This document shows positions 7,912-16,799 of a DNA stretch of 32,941 bases, piece by piece (the stretch's first letter is position 1; each line of letters starts with the position of its first letter). The stretch comes from a virus (Duplodnaviria; Caudoviricetes): positions 1 through 32,941 of IMG/VR virus record IMGVR_UViG_3300035562_000032; one strand, 5' to 3'. The position numbers were made by a program, and so were the translations under genes. Below the pieces are notes generated by a model. That model did not search any database, was not told where the DNA came from, and worked only from the letters and a program-made list of their open reading frames with translations.

Positions 7912-8972
7912 AAAGAATGAGATTGCCAACTAGATATCAGCCAACTGAAAAATATAGTTCTGGTGGGTTTGGTGATGTTCTAATTTGTAAAGATACTCAC
8001 TTGGATAGACTAGTAGCTATAAAGTTTATAAAAGACTTGGAAGAAATGCCAAGAATGCAGGATGAAATTAATGCATTGATGACACTTCGCTCAAAGCATG
8101 TAGTGCAGCTTTTCGATATAATTGAAAAAGATGGGCAATTAGCTATTGTTGAGGAGTATATACCTGGCCCTGACTTGGTTACGTATACTGATTCAATTGA
8201 AAATGTGCTGGATTTTATAAAGGTAGTTTGGCAAATATCAGCAGGTATAGCTGAAATACATGCTCATGAAATTGTTCATCGAGATATAAAGCCAAATAAT
8301 ATCAAGTTAGATGGTGAGGGAATAGTTAAAATTTATGATTTTGGATTATCACGCAGTAATGATAATGCCAAAACCGTAGGTTTTAAGGGAACATTGATTT
8401 TTGCTGCTCCCGAATTATTTAAGGGGCGTGGAGCGGTTAGTTTTACTTCTGCTGTTGATACATTCGCCTTTGGAGTGACTGCGCTTTGCCTTGCTAAAAT
8501 TCCTCCACCTCAAGCGCTCAATACTGCAACGAAAATTTTAACAGAAAATCCATTCTTAGCCTCTCCTTTCAAAATACCTAGATCTATTCAAAATATCTTG
8601 TTTAAATGTTTGTCGGTTGAACCGGACTTACGTCCTGAAATGTCATCTGTAAGTTTGTTACTACAGCGACAGTTATTGAAAAACTCTCATCGCGCTCTAC
8701 TTATTCATAAAAATTCGCAACATATCTTAGATAAGGATAATAAAGGGGTTACTCTTAGACGTGTTGGAGTTGGAAGCGTAAGCGTTTCATACAATGGGTT
8801 TGAGTTTTTCATACAAGAATTAGATGGCGAGGTTACTGTAAATAATAGGACGCCTCGGGTTGATGATATTTTGCCAGAATCATGTGTGATAATAATTGGC
8901 AAAATTTCACGCCCATCGAGAGAGCGGAGTGCTATAACATTTGACATTTCCCATCCGGAGGTTGTTTTATGA
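7908..8972 (+). CDS. Hanks-type Ser/Thr kinase with a C-terminal FHA-like beta domain
   Basis: SGGFGDV, VAIK, alphaC Glu (QDEI), HRDIKPNN, DFG and APE motifs; ATGA overlap with the phosphatase. Confidence 0.93.
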   Translation: MKRMRLPTRYQPTEKYSSGGFGDVLICKDTHLDRLVAIKFIKDLEEMPRMQDEINALMTLRSKHVVQLFDIIEKDGQLAIVEEYIPGPDLVTYTDSIENVLDFIKVVWQISAGIAEIHAHEIVHRDIKPNNIKLDGEGIVKIYDFGLSRSNDNAKTVGFKGTLIFAAPELFKGRGAVSFTSAVDTFAFGVTALCLAKIPPPQALNTATKILTENPFLASPFKIPRSIQNILFKCLSVEPDLRPEMSSVSLLLQRQLLKNSHRALLIHKNSQHILDKDNKGVTLRRVGVGSVSVSYNGFEFFIQELDGEVTVNNRTPRVDDILPESCVIIIGKISRPSRERSAITFDISHPEVVL

Positions 8973-10036
8973 GTGGCTCTGACAGTGCAATGCTAGGTAA
9001 TCGCTACAATATAATTAGAAAAATAGGTGAGGGAGGGATGCAGAATGTATTTCTTGCGCATGATGATATTCTTAATAGAAATGTTGCACTCAAAACACCT
9101 AAAAATCAATCTGCTTTGAAACGGTTTCATCGAAGTGCAATACTATCTTCAAGAATAAATCATCCCAATGTTGCTAAAACCCTAGATTATTTTCATGCCG
9201 ACGGGTGTGAGTATTTGACAGAGGAATTTATAGATGGAGTCGATTTGGATAAGGCTATCCTTGGTAAATATAAATATGTTGATCCATGCTTGACGGCAAG
9301 TATTTTTCATCGTTTATCTAAGGCTCTATCCGCTTCGCACCATGCTGGTGTTATTCATCGTGACCTAAAGCCATCCAATATTATGATTACAGGTGGGATT
9401 AATGCCTCGGAAGTGAAAATAACAGATTTCGGAATATCAAAAATGGCTGGGGAGGAAATTGATGAGGCAGCTAAAAATGGCGATGCTTCAATTACGACCT
9501 CACAAACAGCGATGGGTGCATTACCATATATGGCACCGGAAATCATTGAGCGTCCAAAGGATGTTTCAACTCAAACTGATATTTGGGCTATTGGGGCTAT
9601 AATATATAAACTTTTAACTGGTGAGTATCCGTTTGGCAATGGGTACAGAGCTATTCCAAATATTTTACTCGGTACTCCAGTGCCTTATCCTGATTTCGTT
9701 TTAGGAAATCCACAGTTTAGAACGCTTTCAAAGCAAATAATCGATATTATCACTCTATGTTTCAGTAAAAATCCTGCAGATAGACCAACTGCAGATGATT
9801 TGGTACATATGTGTGGGAAACTTTGTTATAGCTTAGCGCCTAGGTATTTGGGGACGGTAGGAGATATTCCATATGGTTCATACGGCTTTATTTTTAGTGA
9901 AAATGGTGAGCGAGTATTTTTCCATTTCGATAGCGTATATGGAGAAACTTTAACTTCAGGTGATGAGGTTATACTGTCAAAATATTTAGGTGGAGGTTAT
10001 GACCGAGCTCATCCTGTCATTAAGGTCAAGGGATAA
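8969..10036 (+). CDS. Hanks-type Ser/Thr kinase with a C-terminal cold-shock (OB-fold) domain
   Basis: GEGGMQNV, VALK, HRDLKPSN, DFG, YMAPE and DIWAIG motifs; the tail has RNP1 YGFI and RNP2 VFFHF; ATGA overlap. Confidence 0.93.
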   Translation: MSGSDSAMLGNRYNIIRKIGEGGMQNVFLAHDDILNRNVALKTPKNQSALKRFHRSAILSSRINHPNVAKTLDYFHADGCEYLTEEFIDGVDLDKAILGKYKYVDPCLTASIFHRLSKALSASHHAGVIHRDLKPSNIMITGGINASEVKITDFGISKMAGEEIDEAAKNGDASITTSQTAMGALPYMAPEIIERPKDVSTQTDIWAIGAIIYKLLTGEYPFGNGYRAIPNILLGTPVPYPDFVLGNPQFRTLSKQIIDIITLCFSKNPADRPTADDLVHMCGKLCYSLAPRYLGTVGDIPYGSYGFIFSENGERVFFHFDSVYGETLTSGDEVILSKYLGGGYDRAHPVIKVKG

Positions 10037-10177
10037 GCGAGGATAGTGTTGTATGGATGCATTTGTTTGCATGGTTTCGCATGCTTTATGAGGCTGAATA
10101 AATACTAGCCATATCAAGACCGGGGCGGTTTTTATCATATCGTGCAACTGCATTAAAACCGACCCATGAAGCGGGCA

Positions 10178-10196
10178 GGCGTGGCGGGGATAGCAT
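10178..10196 (+). other. cos site (19-nt cohesive end)
   Basis: GGCGTGGCGGGGATAGCAT closely matches the P2/186 19-nt cos, at the expected position next to Q. Confidence 0.88.
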
Positions 10197-10337
10197 TGCG
10201 CGCAGGCACGTATTTAATTATCAGAATTGACGGCGTCAGCGCGTCGTGATGGCGTTTCGATATTCTGTTTTGATTTGCGGGTGCGTGCGGTGGGGTGGGC
10301 CGTGGTGGGCGGCCGAGAGCGTTTGCGGGTGGGTATG

Positions 10338-10360
10338 AAAAGGCCGCCAATCAGGCGGCC
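10338..10360 (-). terminator. Intrinsic terminator of the P-Q operon
   Basis: GGCCGCC-aatca-GGCGGCC stem followed by TTTT on the minus strand, just after the Q stop. Confidence 0.7.
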
Positions 10361-10366
10361 GGTTTA

Positions 10367-11398
10367 TCATTCGTCGTCGTTGTCGAGGGTGTATTTTTTA
10401 AAGCGGATGACCTCCTCGCCGATCCAGTCATTCACCTCGGTGATGCGCTGCTGTAGCGGCGTCAGCTCGTTGCGGACAAATACCATTGCAGCCTTCACCA
10501 CGTCACCCGTTGACCCGACGTTCTCCGGCTTACCGCCCATCAGTTGGTAGGGGATGCGGTGGGCGTCCAGCAGGTCGGCGGCGCTGACCTTTTTAATGTT
10601 AAAGAAATCATCCTTCGTCGCCACTTCGCTGAGCGGCACAATCTTGATGCCGTCGGGCTTTCCGTTCGGTGCGTAGAAAAACAGGTTTTTAAAATTCCCC
10701 ATGCCTTTCGAGTCGCTCATCGCATCACGCAGCGCTTCCACGTCGGTATTGTTCTGCGCAGCGTCCGTCACGTACATGATATAGCCCGCGTGTGCGCCGT
10801 TCTGGTAATACTTGCGGCGGAATAGCGTGGCGGACTCATTCAGCCAGGCTGAATTAAGTGCCGACAGGTACTCCGGCATTCCATACAGCTCTTGGTTGAT
10901 ATCCGGCTCCAGCAGGTGGAAAACGCTGTTAGCGGCGAACGGGTGCGGCTCCACGAACGATTGCACAAACCAATAAACGCCGGGTTCAACCCCGCGCCGG
11001 GTGTATTTGGCCGGAGAGGTCTCCAGCTTTAACAGCTTGCCGCTGACGCTCTGCCGCTTTTCCAAAAAGGCGTTGCCGAACACCAAATAATCCAGCACAA
11101 ACCGGCTGAAATCTTGCTGTGAAAGCAGGGGGTGCGTGATGTAGGTGCTCGCTAAAATATTGCGCTTTACATAAATCGGCGAGCTGTGGTGAACGGCAGC
11201 GCGCAGGCTTTTCGCCAGCCCGGAGAAGCTGATAGGCGGTTCAATCCATTTGCCGTTACCCACACACTCGGTGTAATCCAGAATTTCGCGCCGATCCAGA
11301 ACGGCAGACGGCTCGCCAAAGGTAAACGCCTGCATTTTCTGGTCAGGCTCTTTGACGGCCAGATTCTCTTTTGCCTTGTTGCGATTGCGTTTTCTCAT
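10367..11398 (-). CDS. Q: Portal protein
   Basis: AFTFGEP, HHSSPIYVKRN, QELYGMPEY and FRRKYYQNGAHAG motifs; 343 aa. Confidence 0.95.
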   Translation of the reverse strand: MRKRNRNKAKENLAVKEPDQKMQAFTFGEPSAVLDRREILDYTECVGNGKWIEPPISFSGLAKSLRAAVHHSSPIYVKRNILASTYITHPLLSQQDFSRFVLDYLVFGNAFLEKRQSVSGKLLKLETSPAKYTRRGVEPGVYWFVQSFVEPHPFAANSVFHLLEPDINQELYGMPEYLSALNSAWLNESATLFRRKYYQNGAHAGYIMYVTDAAQNNTDVEALRDAMSDSKGMGNFKNLFFYAPNGKPDGIKIVPLSEVATKDDFFNIKKVSAADLLDAHRIPYQLMGGKPENVGSTGDVVKAAMVFVRNELTPLQQRITEVNDWIGEEVIRFKKYTLDNDDE

Positions 11399-13167
11399 CG
11401 GTTGAAGTCCAGAATAGATTTTGAGGGCTGGCCGTTGGCGGCGGTCAGGGGTTCATTTAGCAGGGCGTGCATTGTGGCCCACGCGACGTCGGCGTGACTG
11501 GCTTCCTCACTGCGGCTCGCCTCGTAGGTCATGCCTCGGCCGCTGGCGGTCATGGTTTTGCGGATGGCCATAAACGATTTTGTGATGTCGGTATAGGCGG
11601 TGTCGTACTCCAGCCGGCCGCTGCCGATAGTGTCTTTTGCCTTGAGTACCATGGCGGTCTTCACCTCGGCGCTGTAGCGGATTTCGCGGGCGGCCGGGTA
11701 GAAGGCGCGCACCAACTGGAAAACGCCTTGCCCGATGCCGGTGGCATCGATGCCGATATATTCCACGTTGTATTTCGCGGTCAGTTTGCGGATGGACTCG
11801 GCCTGCGTGGCAAAGTCCATGCCTTTCCACTGGTGGCGCTCCAGTATGCGGAACTTACCGCCCGTCACCATCGGCGGGGCCAGCACCACGCAACCGGCGC
11901 TGTCACCGGAGTGCGCCGGGTCATAGCCGACCCACACCGGACGGTCACCGAATGGCCGGTCTGCGTAGGGGTTAACGTCAGTCCACTCGACCAGACTGTC
12001 GACCATACAGCCCTGCAACTCCTCAAACGGGAACACTGACGCGCTATCGTCGACAAATTCACACATGAACAGGTTGCGGAAATCCTCGGCGCTGTTCTCG
12101 CGTTTCAACACGTCGAGGTCAAACAGGTTACAGCCGCCACGCAGGGCGTCTTCAATGGTAACGATTTGCCGCCATTGACCGTCGTCGCACAGCTTACCGG
12201 CGGCTAACGCGCGGTGGCTGATATCGATCTCGACGTGTTCGCTGGCGTTTTTGCGGCCTTTGTTAAACAGCTCGCCAGACCAGAACGGAAACGCGCCATG
12301 TGCCAGCGTTGACGGGGTAGAGAAATAGGTCGACCGGAGGTGCTTTTGCGAGGCCATGCCGGAGGCGACTTTGCGCAACTTCTGAAAGTTGGGGATCCAA
12401 AAGATTTCATCGACCAGCAGGTCGCCGTTATGGCTCTGTGCGGTGTTGGAATTGGTGCCGAGAAAAATCAATTTCGCGCCGTTGTTGCCGAGCACAATCG
12501 GGTCACCGGTCAGCTCAACGTCAACCCGCCGGGCAAACTGAATGATGTATTCGCGGAATACATACGCCTGCGTTTTGCTGGCCGACAGGAATATCTGGTT
12601 ATGGCCGGTTTTAAGCGCGTGCAGCAGTGACTCGCGGGAAAAATAGAAGGTCGCCCCAATCTGGCGCGATTTCAGAATATCGCGGATGCGGTGGGCCAGT
12701 CCGGCCTTGTGCCAGCCGAGCTGATAATCGAAAGACTCGTCATAAAAAATCTCTTCCAGCTTCGCAATAGCCTCGTCACTGAAATAGTTCTTTGTCGGCT
12801 TTTTGCGCTCGCCTTTGTTGCGGTTGGCAACGTTGGGATTGAGGTCGGCTTCGTTGCCGGAATTCATGTAACGGCTGACGCGCGCAAGGCGCTCAATCTG
12901 GCGGCCTAACAGGTCAATTTCTTTGTAGTCGCTGCCCTCTTTTTTCGTCTTGAGAACGAGCTGCACCATTCGCGCCTCAATGCTGGATTCGACGCGGGAA
13001 ATTGGCGCGATATCGTCCCATTTTTCCCGCTGTTTCCAGCTCTGCACCGTAGGCGCTTTCTGCTTCAACATCTCCGCGATTTGCTTCACGGAGAAACCTT
13101 GCCAGTACAGCAACGCAGCCTGTCGGCGCGGGTCGCTGAGTAACGAGGTGTCGGTCTGGATTTGCAT
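11395..13167 (-). CDS. P: Terminase large (ATPase) subunit
   Basis: DPRRQAALLYWQG HTH, KSRQIGAT Walker A, VDEIFW Walker B and GYDP nuclease motif; 590 aa. Confidence 0.96.
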   Translation of the reverse strand: MQIQTDTSLLSDPRRQAALLYWQGFSVKQIAEMLKQKAPTVQSWKQREKWDDIAPISRVESSIEARMVQLVLKTKKEGSDYKEIDLLGRQIERLARVSRYMNSGNEADLNPNVANRNKGERKKPTKNYFSDEAIAKLEEIFYDESFDYQLGWHKAGLAHRIRDILKSRQIGATFYFSRESLLHALKTGHNQIFLSASKTQAYVFREYIIQFARRVDVELTGDPIVLGNNGAKLIFLGTNSNTAQSHNGDLLVDEIFWIPNFQKLRKVASGMASQKHLRSTYFSTPSTLAHGAFPFWSGELFNKGRKNASEHVEIDISHRALAAGKLCDDGQWRQIVTIEDALRGGCNLFDLDVLKRENSAEDFRNLFMCEFVDDSASVFPFEELQGCMVDSLVEWTDVNPYADRPFGDRPVWVGYDPAHSGDSAGCVVLAPPMVTGGKFRILERHQWKGMDFATQAESIRKLTAKYNVEYIGIDATGIGQGVFQLVRAFYPAAREIRYSAEVKTAMVLKAKDTIGSGRLEYDTAYTDITKSFMAIRKTMTASGRGMTYEASRSEEASHADVAWATMHALLNEPLTAANGQPSKSILDFNR

Positions 13168-13236
13168 GATATGCCCTTATGTGGATGACGAGGGCAAGGC
13201 TACGCAAGCCGCGGCGGCCGTGCGCTAAGGTGCTGT

Positions 13237-13254
13237 TGTCTGGGGGATAGTCCA
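13237..13254. promoter_or_regulatory. Candidate Ogr-binding site of the divergent P/O late promoters
   Basis: TGT-N12-CCA in the P-O intergenic region; the same motif occurs upstream of V and FI. Confidence 0.6.
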
Positions 13255-13327
13255 TCGCGAGTCGCTGGTCGTGAGGGTGGGCAGTCGGGAAACTAGCCCC
13301 GACCTTAACCACTCAGGACAATGGCTC

Positions 13328-14173
13328 ATGGCAAAGAAAGTATCTAAATGGTTTCGCATTGGCGTCGAGGGCGACACCTGTGACAACCGCGTAATTGACG
13401 GTAACGATATTCAGGAAATGGCAGGCGGTTTTGACCCGCGTGTTTATGGTTGCCGTATCAATCTGGAGCACATCAAAGGGCTGTTTCCCAACGGCGATTT
13501 TAAGCGCCTCGGCGACGTGGTCGAGTTGAAGGCCGAGAAGATTGATGACGACTCTATCCTCAATGGAAAGTGGGCGCTGTTCGCCAAAATGACCCCGACC
13601 GACGAACTGGTCGGCATGGTCAAGGCCAGCCAGAAAGTTTACACCTCCATGGAAATCCGCCCGAATTTTGCCAACACCGGCAAATGCTACTTAGTCGGTC
13701 TGGCGGTCACTGATGACCCGGCCAGCCTCGGCACCGAATACCTCGAATTCTGTTCCCGCGCCAAGACTAACCCGCTGGCCGGTAAAAAAGCCGAGCCGGG
13801 TGATGTGTTCTCGGTGGCGACTGAGGTGCTGCTGGAGTTTGAGGAGCTGCCTGACAGTCTGCTGACCAATCTGACCGACCGCGTGAAAGGCATGTTCAGT
13901 CGCAAACAAGTCAGCGATGACGCGCGATTTAGCGATGTGCATGACGCGGTCACCGTTATCGCCGAGCAGGTGCAAACCAACGGCGACAGCGCCGAAACCC
14001 GCTTTGCGCAGCTTGAGCAGGAAATCGCGGGGCTGAAAGGTGAGGTAACGGCCGGTCAGGAACAGCTTTCCGAGCTTCAGACCACCCTCGACACCACCGA
14101 GAACCTGAGCCAGCAACGCCGCCCGAAAGCCTCCGGCGGCAACGGTGAAGACAGCCTGTTGACCAACTGCTGA
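13328..14173 (+). CDS. O: Capsid scaffolding protein/protease
   Basis: SKWFRIGVEGDTCD.R, INLEH and YLVGLAVTDDPASLGTE motifs. Confidence 0.94.
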   Translation: MAKKVSKWFRIGVEGDTCDNRVIDGNDIQEMAGGFDPRVYGCRINLEHIKGLFPNGDFKRLGDVVELKAEKIDDDSILNGKWALFAKMTPTDELVGMVKASQKVYTSMEIRPNFANTGKCYLVGLAVTDDPASLGTEYLEFCSRAKTNPLAGKKAEPGDVFSVATEVLLEFEELPDSLLTNLTDRVKGMFSRKQVSDDARFSDVHDAVTVIAEQVQTNGDSAETRFAQLEQEIAGLKGEVTAGQEQLSELQTTLDTTENLSQQRRPKASGGNGEDSLLTNC

Positions 14174-14243
14174 TACCAGCCAGGGCGGGGCGCGTTGCGC
14201 GCCGCTGTGAAGTAACCCGAATTCATCGAATCAGGATAATGTA

Positions 14244-15449
14244 ATGAAGACAAAGACCCGCTTTCAATTTAACGCCTATCTGAAACAGGTTGCCAAGCTG
14301 AACGGCATCACGGACGTCGGCGATGTCGGCAAAAAATTCAGCGTAGAGCCGTCAGTGACGCAATCGCTGATGAACATCGTACAGGAGTCCTCCGAGTTTC
14401 TGACCCGTATCAACATGACCCCGGTTGCTGAGTTGAAGGGCGAGAAGGTCGGCGTGGGTGTTAACGGCTCGATTGCCAGCACCACCGACACCGATGGCGG
14501 CAAAGAGCGTCAGACCGCTGATTTCACTTCGTTGGAGTCCAATAAATACGAGTGCCAGCAGGTGAACTTTGATTTCCATCTGCGCTATAACCAGCTTGAT
14601 TTGTGGGCACGCTATCAGGATTTCCAGTTACGAATCCGCAACGCTATCGCCAAGCGTCAGGCACTGGATTTCATCATGGCCGGGTTCAACGGCACCAGTC
14701 GCGCGGCGACCTCTGACCGTGCCAAAAACCCGATGCTGCAAGATGTTGCTGAGGGCTGGCTGGAAAAATACCGCAAAGAAGCCCCATCCCGCGTGATGAG
14801 CAAAATTACTGGCGAAGATGGTGCGGTAATTTCGACGGTCATTCGCATTGGCAAGGGCGGCGATTACGCCAACCTCGACGCGGTGGTGATGGATGCGACC
14901 AACAACCTGATTGCGCCATGGCATCAGGAGTCGCCTGACCTTGTGGTTATTTGTGGCCGTAAACTGCTGGCCGACAAATATTTCCCGCTGGTTAACCAAG
15001 CGCAACCCAATACCGAGGCACTGGCCGCCGATGTGATTGTCAGTCAAAAGCGCATCGGTAACCTGCCCGCGGTGCGTGTGCCGTTCTTCCCGGCTAACGC
15101 CATCTTTATCACCACGCTCGCTAATCTGTCGATTTACATCATGGATGACAGTCACCGTCGTCACATCGAAGAGAACGCCAAGCGTGACCGCGTCGAGAAC
15201 TACGAGTCGATGAAAATTGACTATGTGGTCGAAGACTATCCGGCCGGTTGCCTGATTGAGAACATCGAGCTGCTGCCTGCACCGACAGAAAAATCGGCCG
15301 CGCTGGTATCTAACGTGATCCAGCAGTCATCCGGTGCGGATATCACTGCGTTGGCTGACGCTATCGTGCTGGCAGTTCAAGGCGCTGCGGCTCAACCGAC
15401 AGCAACCCCGGAAACCACGCCGGAAACTCAACCAGAAGGCGGCGAGTAA
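14244..15449 (+). CDS. N: Major capsid protein (C-terminally extended)
   Basis: KFSVEPSVTQ, LDFIMAGFNG, NPMLQDV and IGNLPAVRVPFFP motifs. Confidence 0.95.
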   Translation: MKTKTRFQFNAYLKQVAKLNGITDVGDVGKKFSVEPSVTQSLMNIVQESSEFLTRINMTPVAELKGEKVGVGVNGSIASTTDTDGGKERQTADFTSLESNKYECQQVNFDFHLRYNQLDLWARYQDFQLRIRNAIAKRQALDFIMAGFNGTSRAATSDRAKNPMLQDVAEGWLEKYRKEAPSRVMSKITGEDGAVISTVIRIGKGGDYANLDAVVMDATNNLIAPWHQESPDLVVICGRKLLADKYFPLVNQAQPNTEALAADVIVSQKRIGNLPAVRVPFFPANAIFITTLANLSIYIMDDSHRRHIEENAKRDRVENYESMKIDYVVEDYPAGCLIENIELLPAPTEKSAALVSNVIQQSSGADITALADAIVLAVQGAAAQPTATPETTPETQPEGGE

Positions 15450-15452
15450 ACC

Positions 15453-16199
15453 ATGACGAGTCCTGCACAGCGTCACATGATGCGGGTCTCGGCCGTGGAG
15501 GCTGCGCAGCGGGTGGATAACCCGCTGCGCCATGCCACCGCCTACGAGCAAATGCTCGTCAAGCTGGCCGCAGACCGCACCAAGCTAAAACTTATCCATT
15601 CCGTCGAGAGAAAGGCTGAGCACAAACGCGCGATGTTGCCGTCATACGCACCATGGGTGGCGGGTGTGCTGGCCGAAGGTCGGGGCGCACAGGATGACAT
15701 CCTGATGACGGTCATGCAGTGGAAACTCGACGCCGATGACATTCCCGGCGCGCTGGAAATTGCGCCCTATGCCCTGAAATACCGTCTCAAGGTGCCGAAC
15801 AACAAACGGCCGGTCGCGTATCTGTTTGCCGAGGAAGTGGCGCTGTCGGCAGAACGCAGTCGCAAGGCGGGAAGCCCGGCCAGCATCGATGACCTGCGCG
15901 TCGCCATTGAGATGACCGCCGCCGAGGATATGCCTGACATGGTCAAGGCCAAGCTCTACAAGGTGGCCGGTCTTATGTTGAGCGACAGCGGTGACCCGGC
16001 GCAGGCGCTGGAGTACCTCGTCCGCGCAATGCAGCTCGACAGCAATGCCGGGGTGAGAAAAGAGATCCAAAAATGCGAGAGCGCCCTCAAGCCGAAGCCT
16101 GCGCCCGCCGCCAAAAGAACAACCACGCGCACGCGTAAGGCCGCCGCCACTCCGGCCAAACGCGGGCGACCACGCAAGGCGGTAAAAACCGCCGGTTAA
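15453..16199 (+). CDS. M: Terminase small (endonuclease) subunit
   Basis: MTSPAQRHMMRV, YAPWVAGVL, QDDILMTVM.W and DMPD.VKAKLYK motifs; basic C-tail. Confidence 0.93.
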   Translation: MTSPAQRHMMRVSAVEAAQRVDNPLRHATAYEQMLVKLAADRTKLKLIHSVERKAEHKRAMLPSYAPWVAGVLAEGRGAQDDILMTVMQWKLDADDIPGALEIAPYALKYRLKVPNNKRPVAYLFAEEVALSAERSRKAGSPASIDDLRVAIEMTAAEDMPDMVKAKLYKVAGLMLSDSGDPAQALEYLVRAMQLDSNAGVRKEIQKCESALKPKPAPAAKRTTTRTRKAAATPAKRGRPRKAVKTAG

Positions 16200-16292
16200 C
16201 AGAACGCACCCCGTGCCGGGCGGCACGATGGCCGCGAGTGTCTTTTGACTTATCAACGCCATCGTCCACCGCCCACCCATTTTGAGGTTGTC

Positions 16293-16799
16293 ATGACGAC
16301 AGTGATTATGCGTAACCCGGTCGAACCGCAGGACGAGCCGACGGCCATTATTCCGCAGCCGGATGCGCCAGAGCCGGTGATTAAAAACACGTTCTTTTTC
16401 CCGGACGTTGACCCGAAGCGCATCCGCGAATTGATGCGGCTGGAGTACACGGTCACGCCTGAGCGCCTGCGCTTTGCCATTCGCAGCGGTATCGCGGAGG
16501 CGAATGCGGAGCTGTATCTCTATCGTGAGAAGCAAATCGCGGCCGGGTTCAAGACGCTGGCCGACGTTCCTGCCGATGAAATCGACGGCGAAAGCGAGAA
16601 GTGTTTTCACTACCTGAGCGCGGTCTGCGCCATGACCACAGCCACGTTGTACGAACGTTACCGGGGCGCGGATGCCAGCGCCAAGGGGGACAAAAAAGCC
16701 GACAGCGTCGAGGTGTCCATTGATGAGCACTGGCGGGATATGCGCTGGTCAATCGCCCGGTTGCAGGGCAAGCCGCGCTGCATTGTCGGGCAAATCTGA
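16293..16799 (+). CDS. L: Head completion protein
   Basis: IKNTFFFPDVDP, AEANAEL and WRDMRWSI motifs; GAGG RBS. Confidence 0.9.
   Translation: MTTVIMRNPVEPQDEPTAIIPQPDAPEPVIKNTFFFPDVDPKRIRELMRLEYTVTPERLRFAIRSGIAEANAELYLYREKQIAAGFKTLADVPADEIDGESEKCFHYLSAVCAMTTATLYERYRGADASAKGDKKADSVEVSIDEHWRDMRWSIARLQGKPRCIVGQI

Noticed and set aside
10050-10155. Clustered TGCA/GCAT motifs before cos
   Set aside because: Typical of the cos-proximal region of P2-like phages; not a CRISPR or a novel repeat array.
10338-10360. Q terminator shares the AAAGGCCGCC/GGCGGCC stem with the att core, suggesting a secondary att site
   Set aside because: Loop length and sequence differ and no arm sites are nearby; such GC stems are common in terminators.
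15642-16730. 362-aa antisense ORF across M and L
   Set aside because: Fully overlaps two well-supported genes in GC-rich DNA; no domain signal.
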